Part shown: one piece after another, positions 32,336 to 43,356 of the stretch | How positions within the stretch are numbered: the stretch's first letter is position 1 | Layout: each line of letters opens with the position of its first letter | Assembly (NCBI GenBank): GCA_965248535.1 | Contig: CBDFJR010000005.1 | Span: 1,088,001-1,152,000 of the forward strand | From: Phormidesmis sp. | GTDB lineage: Bacteria; Cyanobacteriota; Cyanobacteriia; Leptolyngbyales; Leptolyngbyaceae | Direction: 5' to 3' | Length of the DNA stretch: 64,000 bases | The notes under the pieces: model-generated | What the model was told of the DNA's origin: nothing | What the model saw: only the letters and a program-made list of their open reading frames with translations | Databases searched by the model: none | Position numbers and translations under genes: made by a program

Positions 32336-32602
32336 ATGACTTTGCCCTCTGCTGATACACCTTTATATAATCACCCGCTGCCTCAGATCGAGTCATGGCT
32401 TGGTCAACACGGGTGCAAACAAGATTCAGAAGACGTTCACTGCTGGCTGATTGAAAAATCTGAGTGGCGCGCCGAACTCTGTCTGGATGTCGATCAAATT
32501 AACATCCGCTACATTCAAGAAGACGGGCCTGATATTCAGCGATCATTCAAATATTCTCTCAGCCGCCAAGACCTCGAAGATGCAATTTTTGCAGGGCCTT
32601 GA
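32336..32602 (+). CDS. DUF3143 family protein
   Basis: TPLYNHPLPQIESWL..RSFKYSLSRQDLEDAIFAGP. Confidence 0.8.
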   Translation: MTLPSADTPLYNHPLPQIESWLGQHGCKQDSEDVHCWLIEKSEWRAELCLDVDQINIRYIQEDGPDIQRSFKYSLSRQDLEDAIFAGP

Positions 32603-32668
32603 ATCGAATTTGAGGGGCAATCTTCAATCTCTGAATGGAAGAATGCCGCATCCACGATGTAAAAGGTA

Positions 32669-33418
32669 TCAAATTTTGCCAAACCTTCGTTCTCGTTGCT
32701 GATAAGCGACTAGCGCTTGGTGAAATTCAGGGCGATCGAAGTCAGGCCATAGCGTATCGGTGACATAAATTTCGCTATAGGCCATTTGCCACAGCAGAAA
32801 GTTGCTTAAGCGCATTTCACCGCTTGTCCGAATTAATAGATCAGGGTCGCAGATGCCTGCCGTGTAGAGATGACGTTCAAACAGACCTTCGTCAATGTCT
32901 TCGAGTTGCACTGTGCCCTGCTGAACTTGAGCCGCGATCGCTCGACACGCCCTTAAAATTTCTTGCCGCCCGCCATAGTTGGTGGCAACCGTGAAGCAAA
33001 TACCCTGGTTGTTTTGAGTTTCGATCATCGATCGCTCAATTTCAGCCTGAAGACTTCTTGGCAAAGCCCCCAGATTGCCAACAAACTTAATGCAAACATT
33101 TTCCTGCATCATCTCTCGCAGTTCTTGACGCAGCACCCGCTCAAATAGCGTCATCAAAAACTCAACTTCCTCCAGAGGTCTGCCCCAATTTTCGGTCGAA
33201 AACGCATAGGCCGTTAGCGCCTGCACTCCCCAATCTCGACAGCACCGCAGCAGCCCCTTGAGGGCATCGACTCCGCGCCGATGCCCCATAATTCGAGGTA
33301 GCCCCTGACGTTTGGCCCAACGTCCGTTGCCGTCCATGATGACCGCAACGTGTTTAGGCAGATGGTCTCGCTTTAGATCCGCTGGTAACTCTTGTAAGAC
33401 GGTGTGCTTGGCAGTCAT
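32669..33418 (-). CDS. uppS: Isoprenyl (undecaprenyl diphosphate) transferase (start ATG 33418)
   Basis: [41 protein letters not shown]. Confidence 0.95.
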   Translation of the reverse strand: MTAKHTVLQELPADLKRDHLPKHVAVIMDGNGRWAKRQGLPRIMGHRRGVDALKGLLRCCRDWGVQALTAYAFSTENWGRPLEEVEFLMTLFERVLRQELREMMQENVCIKFVGNLGALPRSLQAEIERSMIETQNNQGICFTVATNYGGRQEILRACRAIAAQVQQGTVQLEDIDEGLFERHLYTAGICDPDLLIRTSGEMRLSNFLLWQMAYSEIYVTDTLWPDFDRPEFHQALVAYQQRERRFGKI

Positions 33419-33585
33419 TGTTTTTCGTGAAGAGCCGATGCTTGAGTGATGGGAAGTCAAACGCAGAAAGATGGATGAGAAAAGTTTTGATTGAGCGATC
33501 GCACAGGGTGGCACTCTAGACTGACGACTCTAAACCGCAAGTAAAATGAACCTCCTGCAAAGATGCCATAGTACAAGAATCTGAG

Positions 33586-34590
33586 CTAGTCACTCTGATT
33601 TTTTGGATCTTTTGATTTGGGGTTAGGTCGCAAGCTGCTGTCAGTGTCACCCCTCTTTTTAGGTCGAAATAAGCGTGAAAACAGAGACAATGCTCTACCA
33701 GAAATCTGACGAGCCAAACTCCGCAAATCGGGGGCGACGGCTTCACGATCGCCCGATTGCGAAAAGCGCGCTTCTAAAAGTTCTTTGAGTTTGATGCTGG
33801 TTAGGGGGCGATTGAGCGCGCCTCGTTCGGCTAGCGAAATCGACCCAGTTTCTTCAGACACGACGACACAGATGCAGTTTTCAACCCGTTCTGTGATGCC
33901 CATAGCGGCCCGATGCCGCGTGCCTAGCTGTCGAGAGGCAGTGCGTTCTGAGAGAGGTAGAATTACCCCGGCTGCAATAATGCGAGAGCCTCTGATTAAG
34001 ACTGCCCCGTCGTGCAGCAAGGTGGTCGTTTGAAAGATGGTTTGCAGCAGTTCTTTAGAAACTTCAGCATTGAGCTTAACCCCTGGAACTGAAAAATCTC
34101 GCTCGTCGATCGGAGTAGAGGTTTCTAAAATCAGCAGTGCGCCGATCCGATTTTGCGACAGTTCTTTAACGGCATCGACTATCTCGTCGATCACGCTGTC
34201 CGATCGCGGCAAGCTTCTTCGCGATGGCTGAAATAGCTGGAAGATTTCGCCTCGCCCCAACTGTTCTAAAAATCGACGAAACTCTGATTGAAGAATAAAT
34301 GCCATCGCGACTGCTGCCCCAATCACCAGGTTGTTGAGCACAAAACTCAGCAGTTTTAGCTCTAGCCGTTGGCTGATGGCGGCAGCCAACATAAGCACAA
34401 TAAAGCCTCTGACCATCCAGAGAGTGCGGCGCTCACCGATGATGACCAACATCACATAGGTCAGCGCCAGCACTAACCCAATATCAATTAAGAACCTGAG
34501 ATTGTCGAGTATGAAAATCAACAAGGACTGTATCCAGTCGGGGTTTGTTAATAAGGATAAAGGGTCAAGTGTAGAGGGTGCCAGCAACAC
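33586..34590 (-). CDS. cdaA: Diadenylate cyclase CdaA
   Basis: Three TM helices, LHDGA, LGTRHRAA, VSEETG. Confidence 0.93.
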   Translation of the reverse strand: MLLAPSTLDPLSLLTNPDWIQSLLIFILDNLRFLIDIGLVLALTYVMLVIIGERRTLWMVRGFIVLMLAAAISQRLELKLLSFVLNNLVIGAAVAMAFILQSEFRRFLEQLGRGEIFQLFQPSRRSLPRSDSVIDEIVDAVKELSQNRIGALLILETSTPIDERDFSVPGVKLNAEVSKELLQTIFQTTTLLHDGAVLIRGSRIIAAGVILPLSERTASRQLGTRHRAAMGITERVENCICVVVSEETGSISLAERGALNRPLTSIKLKELLEARFSQSGDREAVAPDLRSLARQISGRALSLFSRLFRPKKRGDTDSSLRPNPKSKDPKNQSD

Positions 34591-34654
34591 AGGCGCGTTT
34601 CAAGTTAGGTTTTATTCAATCTTCAAACCAACTTCACCCTCTACCCTGTTGGCT

Positions 34655-36055
34655 TTATCCTTCTTTCAATCGTTCTGGGAGGCGATCGTGCCTGATCAGA
34701 TCTTCATAGGTTTCGCGCTGTAGGATGACGTTAGCCTCTCCTGCCTTTACCACAACGGCAGCAGGGCGGGGGAGCCGATTGTAATTGGAGGACATGCTGT
34801 AATTGTAGGCTCCGGTTGCCATGACCACGAGAATGTCTCCAGAGTGGGTCTCTGGCAGTTGCGCGTCTTTGATCAGAATATCGCCTGATTCGCAGTGCTT
34901 TCCAGCGATCGTCACCTCACCTACGATCGGGGCTGACATCCGATTGGCCACCACTGCCCGATAGAGCGATTGATAGGTGATCGGGCGCGGGTTGTCAGAC
35001 ATCCCGCCATCGACACTGATATAGGTGCGGATGCCAGGGACAGTTTTTTCTCCACCGATGGTATAAGCCGTCACACAGGCCGAGCCGATCAGCGATCGCC
35101 CCGGTTCTGACAATAATTTTGGCAGGGGAATGTTTTCAGTCTGACAGGCAGCCACGACAGACTCACACACAACCTTCACCCATTCGTCAATACTGGGGGG
35201 ATCATCCGATTCGGTATAGCGAATGCCCAAACCGCCGCCAATATTGAGTTCTTGAATCGCCAATCCATAGTGAGCCGCTTTGCTTAACCACTGCACCATC
35301 ACGGCTCCTAGATCCTGGTGGGGTTGCAGTTCAAAAATTTGGGAGCCGATGTGAGCGTGCAAACCCACAAATGTCAAAGATGACTGTTGGCTGATGAACT
35401 TAAACAGATCGTCAACCTGGTTGGGATCAAAGCCAAACTTGCTGTCTAAGTGCCCCGTGCGGATGTATTCGTGGGTGTGACACTCAATCCCTGGGGTAAG
35501 TCGCACCATGATACGAGTAGGTGTTTGACGATCGGCGGTCAAATTCGTCAATGTCTTTAGTTCTAACCAGTTGTCTACCACGATCGTGCAGCCCGACTCG
35601 ATCGCCTGCCTCAACTCGTCTAATGATTTATTGTTGCCGTGCAGATAAAGCCTGCTGGGATCAAGCCCTGCTTTTAGAGCAGTGTAGAGTTCGCCACCCG
35701 AAACGATATCGATCCCCAAGCCTTCACTGCCAACGATCGCGCAGACTGCCAGACAATTCCAGGCTTTCGAGGCGTAGAGCACTTGTGACTCTCCAGGATA
35801 GTAGCGCTTAAACGCATCGCGATAGTGGCGGCAAGCGGTTCTCAGCGTCTCTTCGTCCAAAATATAGAGCGGAGACCCAAATTTTTGCACCAATTCAGAG
35901 ACATCGAAGCCTCCAATCTCTAAGCGATCGTGGCCGTTGACTTGGGCAGTCAGGGGCAACAGGAATTGATTAGGGGATCGCTCCCCAGAAAGCGTTGCAT
36001 TAGGCAAATACTGCCGACCGGAGTTTTGAACATCCACAGGTTGAGTCAGTGTCAT
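34655..36055 (-). CDS. lysA: Diaminopimelate decarboxylase
   Basis: YASKA, HGNNK, HIGSQI, EPGRS, HCESGD, TGAYNYSMSSNYN. Confidence 0.96.
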   Translation of the reverse strand: MTLTQPVDVQNSGRQYLPNATLSGERSPNQFLLPLTAQVNGHDRLEIGGFDVSELVQKFGSPLYILDEETLRTACRHYRDAFKRYYPGESQVLYASKAWNCLAVCAIVGSEGLGIDIVSGGELYTALKAGLDPSRLYLHGNNKSLDELRQAIESGCTIVVDNWLELKTLTNLTADRQTPTRIMVRLTPGIECHTHEYIRTGHLDSKFGFDPNQVDDLFKFISQQSSLTFVGLHAHIGSQIFELQPHQDLGAVMVQWLSKAAHYGLAIQELNIGGGLGIRYTESDDPPSIDEWVKVVCESVVAACQTENIPLPKLLSEPGRSLIGSACVTAYTIGGEKTVPGIRTYISVDGGMSDNPRPITYQSLYRAVVANRMSAPIVGEVTIAGKHCESGDILIKDAQLPETHSGDILVVMATGAYNYSMSSNYNRLPRPAAVVVKAGEANVILQRETYEDLIRHDRLPERLKEG

Positions 36056-36157
36056 TTCTTTGTTTTCGTCCTCGCTAGCGGCAAGCTCAAGCCATTTTTG
36101 CTACTACCAGTGTACAATTGGGGGCTGTGCATTCTGACTCTAATTCAACAAGCTTGT

Positions 36158-36745
36158 GTGACTTCTCTCCTAAAACTTGAGCGCTTAACTTCAGAGCTTC
36201 TTCCGGCTGTTGTAGATCTCGATCAGCAGTGCTTTGGCGGCCTGTGGACGCTAGAGGGCTACCAGAGAGAATTAGACAGCCCCAATAGCGATCTCGTGGT
36301 TTTAATCGATCAAGACTCCATGATCGTGTTAGGGTTGGGCTGTCTCTGGGCGATTCTAGACGAGGCTCACATCACGATCGTGGCCGTTCACCCCAGCTAT
36401 CAGCGGTTAGGGTTTGGGCAGACGCTCCTAACAGCCTTGCTGCGATCAGCCCACCAACGAGGGTTAGAAAGAGCTACCCTAGAGGTCAGAATTTCTAATC
36501 AATCCGCGATTAATCTATATCAAAAATTTGATTTTCGCGAAGCAGGGCGACGAAAGCGCTACTATCCCGACACAGGCGAGGATGCCAGCATTCTCTGGCG
36601 TGGCGGGCTGCAACACCCTAACTTTCCCAACTTGTTGATGGCTTGGCAGACCCAACTCTGCGATCGTCTCCATGAAAATAATTGGACTTTAACGGTAACC
36701 CCTGATACGTTTACGACAGAAGAATTTTTGCTGACAGACGTTTAA
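36158..36745 (+). CDS. rimI: Ribosomal protein S18 N-acetyltransferase (GTG start 36158)
   Basis: DEAHITIVAVHP..QRLGFG, TLEVRISN, GRRKRYY. Confidence 0.9.
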   Translation: MTSLLKLERLTSELLPAVVDLDQQCFGGLWTLEGYQRELDSPNSDLVVLIDQDSMIVLGLGCLWAILDEAHITIVAVHPSYQRLGFGQTLLTALLRSAHQRGLERATLEVRISNQSAINLYQKFDFREAGRRKRYYPDTGEDASILWRGGLQHPNFPNLLMAWQTQLCDRLHENNWTLTVTPDTFTTEEFLLTDV

Positions 36746-36915
36746 ACGTTCTGTGACAATCTCCCCCTAGTAATCAATCTCAGGTCTGTGGCGATCGCGA
36801 ACGATGAAGTTCGGTAATCGCGACTCTTTCCTGTGGCGTAGACCCAGTAGCGAGACAATTCCGCTATGTTAGAATCATCGGTACCGGCAACGCAGCAGGT
36901 GAGTGGAAATACGCC

Positions 36916-39396
36916 ATGTTTGAACGCTTCACAGAAAAAGCCATTAAGGTGATCATGCTAGCCCAAGAGGAAGCTCGCCGCTTGGGTCACAACTTCGTGG
37001 GTACAGAGCAGATCCTCCTGGGTCTGATTGGAGAAGGGACCGGCGTCGCCGCCAAAGTACTGAAGTCTATGGGCGTTAACCTCAAAGACGCTCGGATTGA
37101 AGTCGAGAAAATCATCGGTCGAGGTTCTGGCTTTGTTGCCGTGGAAATTCCCTTTACCCCACGGGCAAAGCGAGTTCTAGAACTGTCTCTCGAAGAAGCC
37201 CGCCAGTTAGGTCATAACTACATTGGCACTGAGCACCTGCTCTTGGGTCTGATTCGAGAAGGTGAAGGAGTCGCCGCCAGAGTGCTTGAAAATCTAGGAG
37301 TCGATCTCTCCAAGGTTCGCACTCAAGTGATTCGGATGTTGGGCGAAACCGCCGAGGTTTCTCCAGGTGGCAGTCAAGGGCGCACCAAAACTCCGACGCT
37401 TGATGAGTTTGGGGCCAACCTGACTCAGATGGCAGCCGATGGCAAACTCGACCCCGTGGTCGGTCGCCAAAAAGAAATTGAACGAGTCATCCAAATCTTG
37501 GGTCGTCGGACTAAGAACAACCCTGTTCTCATCGGCGAGCCGGGTGTGGGTAAAACCGCGATCGCGGAAGGCCTCGCCCAGCGCATTGCCAACGACGACA
37601 TCCCAGACATTTTGGAAGATAAGCGTGTCGTCACCCTAGACATCGGTCTGTTGGTGGCGGGTACCAAATACCGAGGCGAGTTTGAAGAGCGCCTCAAGAA
37701 GATCATGGATGAAATCCGGTCGGCCGGAAACGTCATTCTAGTGATCGATGAAGTGCATACCCTCATTGGTGCAGGGGCGGCTGAAGGGGCGATCGACGCT
37801 GCCAACATCCTCAAGCCAGCCTTGGCGCGGGGTGAATTGCAGTGCATCGGAGCCACCACGCTCGACGAATATCGCAAGCACATTGAGCGAGACGCTGCCC
37901 TAGAGCGCCGATTCCAGCCCGTCATGGTGGGTGAACCCTCTGTTGACGAAACGATCGAGATTTTGCGAGGTCTGCGCGAACGCTACGAGCAGCACCACAA
38001 ACTGAAGATCTCGGATGCTGCCCTTGAAGCGGCTGCCAAGCTCTCAGACCGCTATATCTCCGATCGCTTCTTGCCCGACAAGGCGATCGACTTAGTAGAC
38101 GAAGCAGGTTCCCGCGTCCGGTTAATTAACTCTCAGTTACCACCTGCTGCCAAGGAACTGGATCGGGAATTGCGCCAAGTTCTCAAAGATAAAGACGACG
38201 CGGTGCGGTCACAAAACTTTGACCGTGCAGGCGAACTGCGCGATCGCGAAATGGAGATCAAAACTGAAATCCGGGCGATCGCTCAAACCAAAAAGACAAC
38301 CTCTGACGCGGGTGAAGAAGTGTCTCCCATTGTGGATGAGGACGATATCGCTCACATTGTGGCTTCATGGACAGGGGTTCCGGTGAATAAACTCACTGAA
38401 TCTGAGTCTGAAAAGCTGCTGCACATGGAAGACACGCTGCACACGCGGCTGATCGGTCAAGACGAAGCGGTGAGAGCGGTGTCTCGTGCAATTCGTCGGG
38501 CGCGGGTGGGCTTGAAAAACCCTAACCGCCCGATCGCTAGTTTCATCTTCTCCGGCCCAACCGGGGTAGGTAAAACTGAGTTGACAAAAGCGCTGGCTGC
38601 CTACTTCTTCGGCTCCGAAGATTCCATGATTCGGCTCGATATGTCCGAGTTTATGGAGCGGCACACGGTTTCTAAACTGATCGGGTCGCCTCCGGGCTAT
38701 GTGGGCTATAACGAGGGCGGTCAGTTGACCGAAGCCGTTCGTCGCAAGCCTTACACGGTGGTGCTGTTTGACGAGATCGAGAAGGCGCACCCAGATGTGT
38801 TTAACATGCTGCTGCAAATTCTTGAAGATGGGCGATTGACCGATGCCAAGGGTCGCACCGTTGACTTTAAAAACACGCTGCTGATCATGACCTCGAACAT
38901 CGGTTCTAAGGTGATTGAAAAAGGTGGCGGCGGTTTGGGCTTTGAGTTCAGCAATGAAGACGTAGCCGAGTCGCAATATAACCGCATCCGATCGTTGGTT
39001 AACGAAGAACTGAAGAACTACTTCCGTCCTGAGTTTCTCAACCGTCTAGACGAAATCATCGTCTTCCGTCAGTTGATCAAAGAAGAAGTCAAGCGGATTG
39101 CAGACATCATGCTTAACGATGTCTTTAAGCGCCTGACTGAGCAGGGAATTACGCTGGAAGTCACAGAGCGATTTAAAGATCGCTTGGTTGATGAAGGCTT
39201 TAACCCCAGCTATGGAGCGCGTCCTCTACGTCGAGCCATCATGCGCTTGCTAGAAGACTCGCTGGCTGAAGAGATCCTCTCGGCGCGCATCAAAGATGGT
39301 GATGTCGCCATTATGGATGTCGATGAGAGCGGTCAGGTGAAAGTGCTGCAAGGAGAGAAGAGAGAGCTACTGCCGCTTCCTCAAGCAGTTGAGTAA
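36916..39396 (+). CDS. clpC: ATP-dependent Clp protease ATPase ClpC
   Basis: MFERFTEKA, two Clp-N repeats, two AAA modules, UVR domain, GGGLGF loop. Confidence 0.97.
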   Translation: MFERFTEKAIKVIMLAQEEARRLGHNFVGTEQILLGLIGEGTGVAAKVLKSMGVNLKDARIEVEKIIGRGSGFVAVEIPFTPRAKRVLELSLEEARQLGHNYIGTEHLLLGLIREGEGVAARVLENLGVDLSKVRTQVIRMLGETAEVSPGGSQGRTKTPTLDEFGANLTQMAADGKLDPVVGRQKEIERVIQILGRRTKNNPVLIGEPGVGKTAIAEGLAQRIANDDIPDILEDKRVVTLDIGLLVAGTKYRGEFEERLKKIMDEIRSAGNVILVIDEVHTLIGAGAAEGAIDAANILKPALARGELQCIGATTLDEYRKHIERDAALERRFQPVMVGEPSVDETIEILRGLRERYEQHHKLKISDAALEAAAKLSDRYISDRFLPDKAIDLVDEAGSRVRLINSQLPPAAKELDRELRQVLKDKDDAVRSQNFDRAGELRDREMEIKTEIRAIAQTKKTTSDAGEEVSPIVDEDDIAHIVASWTGVPVNKLTESESEKLLHMEDTLHTRLIGQDEAVRAVSRAIRRARVGLKNPNRPIASFIFSGPTGVGKTELTKALAAYFFGSEDSMIRLDMSEFMERHTVSKLIGSPPGYVGYNEGGQLTEAVRRKPYTVVLFDEIEKAHPDVFNMLLQILEDGRLTDAKGRTVDFKNTLLIMTSNIGSKVIEKGGGGLGFEFSNEDVAESQYNRIRSLVNEELKNYFRPEFLNRLDEIIVFRQLIKEEVKRIADIMLNDVFKRLTEQGITLEVTERFKDRLVDEGFNPSYGARPLRRAIMRLLEDSLAEEILSARIKDGDVAIMDVDESGQVKVLQGEKRELLPLPQAVE

Positions 39397-39427
39397 TCTC
39401 TAGATCTCTGAACCAATCTAAGTTTTT

Positions 39428-39463
39428 AAGTGGTAGAAGTCCTGAGATTTCTACCACTTTTTT
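39428..39463 (+). terminator. Rho-independent terminator after clpC
   Basis: AAGTGGTAGAA-loop-TTCTACCACTT followed by T-run. Confidence 0.8.
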
Positions 39464-39619
39464 GTATCAATTGATACTCAAACTACTGACACAAAAAGCT
39501 TTTTTGCACCAAAAAGTTAATAGAATTTAACAAAATCCCTTAAGATAGCCAAATATAATACGTTTCAAGCTCAGTGTAATCAACCTTTATTGGTTGCATC
39601 CATCCCAGGAATTATTTTT

Positions 39620-40036
39620 ATGGCAAGAAGTGGATTTTTGGCAGATTTTCAAAAGTTTTTGATGCAGGGCAACGTTATTGATCTGGCAGTTGCTGTCATC
39701 ATTGGTGGCGCATTTGGCAAAATCGTCACGTCTTTTGTGGAAGACATCGTTACGCCCCTCATTCTCAACCCTGCGCTGCAAGCCGCTAAGGTCAACGATT
39801 TGCAAAGTTTGTCAGTCAATGGCGTTAAATATGGGGTCTTTTTGGCGGCAATCATCAACTTCATCGTGATTGCGTTTTCTATCTTTTTGATGATTCGGGC
39901 GTTTGAGAAATCGAAGAAGCGGTTTGCGCGTCAAGAAGCGGTTGCAGAAGCGGCTGCTGCCGATCCAGTCGTGTTATCTCAAGAGCGTTTGACGGGAGCG
40001 ATCGAGCGTCTCACTTCCTCCATGGAAGGTCGCTAA
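39620..40036 (+). CDS. mscL: Large-conductance mechanosensitive channel (start ATG 39620)
   Basis: FQKFLMQGNVIDLAVAVIIGGAFGKIVTS, YGVFL..INF. Confidence 0.95.
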   Translation: MARSGFLADFQKFLMQGNVIDLAVAVIIGGAFGKIVTSFVEDIVTPLILNPALQAAKVNDLQSLSVNGVKYGVFLAAIINFIVIAFSIFLMIRAFEKSKKRFARQEAVAEAAAADPVVLSQERLTGAIERLTSSMEGR

Positions 40037-40043
40037 GATGGGA

Positions 40044-40084
40044 GCGATCGTTAAACTTTCTGCTCAAGAAGGCTTAACGATCGC
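40044..40084. terminator. Stem-loop between convergent mscL and DUF790 genes
   Basis: GCGATCGTTAA...TTAACGATCGC inverted repeat. Confidence 0.6.
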
Positions 40085-40094
40085 CGCTGTATTT

Positions 40095-41309
40095 CTATTC
40101 CAAAACCTCTAAGACGGCTTTGGGCAACAGTTGGTCTTTAAACCAGACAATTCGGGCAGAGGTGTCATTGAAGTTGACTCCTGCTTTTTCTAAATTGAGA
40201 CGCTCTGAAATGGCCAAAATCAGGTCGTCTCGTCCCGCTTGCCGGACTTGGGAGAATTTCTTTTTGAGATATTCGGGTCGCCAATAGCCAACAATTTCTA
40301 ATAAAAAAGTGCGTCCGTCTGGGTGAACGAGCCGAAAGTCAGGAATCATCACACTGCCAGGAATCGGGATGAGATCGACTTCTCGCTCTAGCTGCCACTC
40401 AGTTTTGGCTTTTTGCCAGCGCTCGACAAACCCCGCTTCTAGCATACTGTCGTAGGTCTTGCCGGGAGGATAGTGGCTGACCAGCCCGCACTCTGAGTCG
40501 AGGGCAAAGCGTCCGGTTCGCGTCTTGCCAGAATAGCTATCGTTGACTTGCAACTCGGCGGTCAGGCTCCATTTAGAAACGTGAAGTAGCGCGGGAAGCA
40601 GTTTAGCGATCGCTAATCCATATCGCGTCGAGGGCTTAAACAAACTGGTCGGGCCATCGACCGTGAGCGTAAAGCCGTGGTCAGCGTCGCCCTCAATGTA
40701 GGTCATTAACTGAAACAGTTTGACATAGCGAAACAGCAGCTTATATTGACCCGGATCGTTGCGGTGAGCATTCAAGATTAGGTGACTGGCCCGATAGAAG
40801 ACTCCCTGCACCTGCGAGAGATTGTAGCGATGCAGCAGCGCTTCGGGAGTTGGAACTTCAAACTCAGTCAAAATTTGATTGTCGGGTAGATCGGCATAAA
40901 GCCCCGATCGGATCTGCTCAGTCAAAACTTCATGCCCCAACTCTTGAGTGAGGGAATCTGCAAGACGATCGAGGGTGATTTGAGTCGCTTGAGCACTGGG
41001 CGCAACTTGGGCAGACAGCGCAAAAATCCGCTCTCTGAGCATCGGCGGCTCTAACGGACTAATGGTTTCAAAGGTGCTAAAGCTGCTGTTGAGGAGATGG
41101 GCCAGCCCGCGTTTGATGCGATAGTCGGTTTCTTCACCTTCGAGTTCTAGCAGTTGGCGATTGAGTTCGCCTTTGGTGATGCCTTTGGCTTCTTGAAATA
41201 GGGTGATTAAGTCTTCAGCGATCGCCAGATTAGACCCATCAAGCTTCAACCGCTTGGGCACCAACTCTTCACCATTCATCCGGTGCATCAACAGATCAGA
41301 TGGCAGCAT
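40095..41309 (-). CDS. DUF790 family (Bax1-like) PD-(D/E)XK nuclease
   Basis: MLPSDLL, LYADL, RYNLSQVQG, DGPTSLF..RYG, YDSMLE, IPDF..LEIVGYW. Confidence 0.85.
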   Translation of the reverse strand: MLPSDLLMHRMNGEELVPKRLKLDGSNLAIAEDLITLFQEAKGITKGELNRQLLELEGEETDYRIKRGLAHLLNSSFSTFETISPLEPPMLRERIFALSAQVAPSAQATQITLDRLADSLTQELGHEVLTEQIRSGLYADLPDNQILTEFEVPTPEALLHRYNLSQVQGVFYRASHLILNAHRNDPGQYKLLFRYVKLFQLMTYIEGDADHGFTLTVDGPTSLFKPSTRYGLAIAKLLPALLHVSKWSLTAELQVNDSYSGKTRTGRFALDSECGLVSHYPPGKTYDSMLEAGFVERWQKAKTEWQLEREVDLIPIPGSVMIPDFRLVHPDGRTFLLEIVGYWRPEYLKKKFSQVRQAGRDDLILAISERLNLEKAGVNFNDTSARIVWFKDQLLPKAVLEVLE

Positions 41310-41894
41310 TTAGTCCCAAATCTCGCCTAAATCGAGGGTGAATTCAGATAAAACAGGCTCTCCAGAGAGGGTGACGGGACGAGAGAGGATCTCGATCGGT
41401 TGACCCGGCCGATAGATTTCAACCTGTTCATCTTGAGGATTAATCAACCAGCCTAGAGAGGTTCCATTCTCTAGATATTCTCGCATCTTGGCACGGGCGG
41501 CTTCTAAATCGTCAGTCGAAGAGCGCAACTCAATCACAAAATCAGGACATAGGGGAATAAATTTCTTTTTCTGCTCAGGAGTCAAAGCATCCCATCGGTT
41601 TTGCCGAACCCAGGAGACATCGGGCGATCGGGTTGCTCCATTGGGAAGCTTAAACCCCGTTGAGGAATCAAAACTCTTACCCAGTTTCTTTTGCTGATTC
41701 CAAAGCCAGACTTGCCCAGTCAATCCAGAATTCCAGTTTCCGGTTTCGCCTCCGGTGGGTGATATAACGACTAATTCTCCTTGGGCCGTGCGCTCAAATT
41801 TCAAGTCTTGGTTAGCGCGGCAGATTTGCTCAAACTGCTGGTCAGTGAGTTCTAAAACAGGTTTTAGATGGAGGGTAAGAGTGGTTGACTGCAT
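41310..41894 (-). CDS. Uma2 (DUF820) family endonuclease (start ATG 41894)
   Basis: FDSSTGFKLPNGATRSPDVSW, CPDFVIELRS, GWLINP. Confidence 0.92.
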   Translation of the reverse strand: MQSTTLTLHLKPVLELTDQQFEQICRANQDLKFERTAQGELVVISPTGGETGNWNSGLTGQVWLWNQQKKLGKSFDSSTGFKLPNGATRSPDVSWVRQNRWDALTPEQKKKFIPLCPDFVIELRSSTDDLEAARAKMREYLENGTSLGWLINPQDEQVEIYRPGQPIEILSRPVTLSGEPVLSEFTLDLGEIWD

Positions 41895-42005
41895 GAGACC
41901 TCTACAATCCTGGCATTCTTGTAGTTTAACGACTCTATGTAACTTCTTGGCTTTTGCCGCGTCATAATAGGGGGCAGCTTTTACGATCGGTAGACGGGTT
42001 GGCAT

Positions 42006-42893
42006 ATGTTTAAGTCACGCTGGCAATGGATGATCGCGCTTGCGCTCTTGGCTTTAGTGGCAGTCACGGGTGTTTGGCTGCTTCACCCAAAAGAAACTTC
42101 AGCCCCGACGAATCCATCGTTGATCGGTGAACGAACGGTTGATCACCTGATGCTGGGCAACCCTAGTAAGGCAGGAGTTGACCCCAACAATTTTCTGTTG
42201 CAAAGCTCAGAGAGCCTCGATCAACTTCGACCTTATGTGACCTCCTATAACCGCAGTCGCAACATCCCCAATTGGTCAAGCTGGCAGTTAAACAAATCGT
42301 GGTTAGGAAGTTCTCCTCGGCGCAATGATTTTCGTCCTGATCCGACGTTGCCCAAGGGTTGGTATCAAGTTAGATCAAGTGACTATAACAACAGTGGCTA
42401 CGATCGGGGGCACATGACCCCGGCTGCCGATCGCGACAACACGCCCCAAAATGTTTCTGCCACATTTTTGATGACCAACATTCTGCCGCAAGCGCCTGAT
42501 AATAATCAGGGCCCGTGGGCGCAGTTAGAAAACTATAGCCGCAGTTTGGTAGAGCAAGGAAAGGAACTCTACATCATTGCGGGTGGCTATGGCTATCAGC
42601 GATCGATTGGGAAAGGCACGGTCAAAATCTCGGTGCCCGATCGGGTGTGGAAGGTGATTATCGTGATGGACAAACCCGGACTCACCGCTAAAGATGTGAC
42701 GGTAAACACACGAGTGATTGCGATCGATATGCCTAATGTGCAAGGCATCAAAGACATGGACTGGCGCAAATATCGAGTTAGCGTTGATTTAATTGAAGAG
42801 AGAACAGGCTATAACTTTTTGACCAATGTGCCCGATGCGGTGCAGGTGCACATTGAGGAGAAGGTCGATAAGGTCGTCGATCGAGTTAATTAA
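42006..42893 (+). CDS. nucA: Secreted sugar-nonspecific DNA/RNA endonuclease NucA
   Basis: Signal peptide, LGNPS, YDRGHMTP, TFLMTNILPQ..NNQGPW. Confidence 0.9.
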   Translation: MFKSRWQWMIALALLALVAVTGVWLLHPKETSAPTNPSLIGERTVDHLMLGNPSKAGVDPNNFLLQSSESLDQLRPYVTSYNRSRNIPNWSSWQLNKSWLGSSPRRNDFRPDPTLPKGWYQVRSSDYNNSGYDRGHMTPAADRDNTPQNVSATFLMTNILPQAPDNNQGPWAQLENYSRSLVEQGKELYIIAGGYGYQRSIGKGTVKISVPDRVWKVIIVMDKPGLTAKDVTVNTRVIAIDMPNVQGIKDMDWRKYRVSVDLIEERTGYNFLTNVPDAVQVHIEEKVDKVVDRVN

Positions 42894-42898
42894 GGCTT

Positions 42899-42931
42899 AG
42901 ACCTCCGACTTCTTTAAGAAGTCGGAGGTCT
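42899..42931. repeat. Perfect 16-bp-arm palindrome; probable bidirectional terminator / dispersed repeat
   Basis: AGACCTCCGACTTCTT-T-AAGAAGTCGGAGGTCT between convergent nucA and nuiA. Confidence 0.8.
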
Positions 42932-42939
42932 GGAGAGGT

Positions 42940-43351
42940 CTAGGTCTCGATCGCTTTCGTAGACAACCCGGCTAGATTTTTGTTGGGCGTTTGTCCGACG
43001 ATATAAATATCCTAGTTCGATTGTGCCGACTTGGTAGACTTTGAGATCGGTGAGGGTTTGTTTAAGCGTAGCAACCAGTTGCTGATATTTTTTCATCGTT
43101 TCAATCTCTTCGTCTCCATACCAATCTTGTGGTTGAGTGACGACTTCAAAAAAAGAGTCGAAGTCAACGGGTTTGACGATCGTATGCTCTGAGTGATCAG
43201 TCAACTTCAACAACTGCTCATTGGTCAAATCTAACTGTGTCGGATCTTGCCAACAAAACGCCTCAAAGGGATGCTCTGACTCACTGATCCACAGCAGATT
43301 GTTGCAGGCTTTTTTAAGTTGGGCGATCAGGTCTGAAGAGTCTTGAGTCAT
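42940..43351 (-). pseudogene. nuiA: Nuclease A inhibitor NuiA with a +1 frameshift at 43011-43012
   Basis: LLWISESEHPF, DFDSFF..QDWYGDEE; removing one base restores DIYIVGQTPNKNLAGLSTKAIET* ending at 42940. Confidence 0.85.
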
Positions 43352-43356
43352 GGTGA

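Noticed and set aside
35930..36157. N-terminal extension of rimI overlapping lysA (likewise ORF-track extensions of rplE, rplW, ada, uppS, Uma2, ABC-F)
   Set aside because: Artefacts of longest-ORF calling; family similarity begins at downstream starts
37294..38987. Long antisense ORFs inside clpC (likewise in dnaE and the ribosomal genes)
   Set aside because: Shadow ORFs from codon bias opposite highly conserved genes; no recognisable motifs
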